Made by a program: the position numbers and the translations under genes. Of a stretch of 64,000 nucleotides of DNA, positions 63,136 through 64,000 are shown piece after piece. The stretch's first letter is position 1. The number at the start of each line of letters is the position of its first letter. Source of the stretch: Antedon mediterranea (lineage: Eukaryota; Animalia; Echinodermata); contig NC_092673.1 of NCBI RefSeq assembly GCF_964355755.1, forward strand, positions 1,922,001 through 1,986,000, read 5' to 3'. The notes under the pieces were generated by a model. That model was not told the DNA's origin. It saw only the letters and a list, made by a program, of their open reading frames with translations, and made no database searches.

Positions 63136-64000
63136 GTAAGATTCTCACTTGTTCTAGCTTATCTTTTCTTGCTTGTTAATAAGTCATTAATCACTTTTTA
63201 TATAACAGTTATACAGTAGATTTTAGACTGAAATAATATAATTATTAATTAATCAATTAGACAAAATTTTAATAAGATAAATTTGTACATTACAATACAC
63301 CTCTTGCTATCTGATTGATTAATTTCGTATCACATGCTATTCACCAGTGGATTGATTGAATATAAGTTTCTTTTATATTAGAACAGTAGGTATATAATTG
63401 GGTTTGCGGTACAATTGAAACGTCAAGACATTCTAAAAACTATATTATATCCTTTTTCAAACACTGGAATACTGCAAACCTAATCCTACTATTCTTTATT
63501 CACCATGCAAACCTTTACACCACACAGTAGGTGTGTTATAAATAAATAATGACCAACATTTTATTCCTCTTTAGTGGATAATGTTTTTGTATTCATTGAA
63601 TGGGAAGAATATTTTCATTTGTACTATTCAACTCATTTTAATCTTTTAACAAATGAAAATATTCTTCAAATTCAATGAATAAACATTCATGATTTGTTAA
63701 ATGCATGAGTTTAGTGCATCAAATACCATGTCAGGTATACATAGATTTATACCATCTGCATGTGCAAACACTTTTATACTGCAAATACTTATTCTTGTAA
63801 TATGCATTTAGAATTTTGTCTGTGACCTTTGACATATGGATGATGATTTCACATATTTTATATGGGACATGATGTTAATGCTATTGGAATATCAGTAGCA
63901 ATAATTCTATTTTGCTTACAATACATTTAAAAAATTTATATTTACAATATTTAGAATTGTTTTCTAAACTCAGTGTTCACAGATTATTTAAACTTGATTA

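Overview
AT-rich, intron-rich metazoan DNA. Gene content and SINE types suggest an invertebrate deuterostome, probably an echinoderm (inference). Eight protein genes were reconstructed by reading GT-AG exons in phase: a DED-DED-Roc (ROCO-type GTPase) gene (-, runs off the left edge), CIAO1 (-), a clarin-family gene with two paralogous first coding exons (+), CDC25 (-) head-to-head with SLBP (+), casein kinase I alpha (-) head-to-head with BRD8 (+), and an SLP-76/LCP2-like SAM adaptor (+, runs off the right edge). Repeats: a 5'-truncated LINE with an intact RT frame, a 1.8-kb hAT-like element with an 8-bp TSD upstream of the ROCO gene, about 24 copies of one Harbinger/Tourist-like MITE, two tRNA-SINE families, a Penelope-like fragment with a hammerhead motif, Ginger-like and Helentron-like elements, and several minisatellites. 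Strongest leads: the tandem-DED ROCO gene with micro-exons, the variable-first-exon clarin, the YxxL-repeat cassette exon of the SLP-76-like gene, and the CDC25/SLBP bidirectional promoter. All coordinates were read by eye and may be off by a few bases; no database searches were run.
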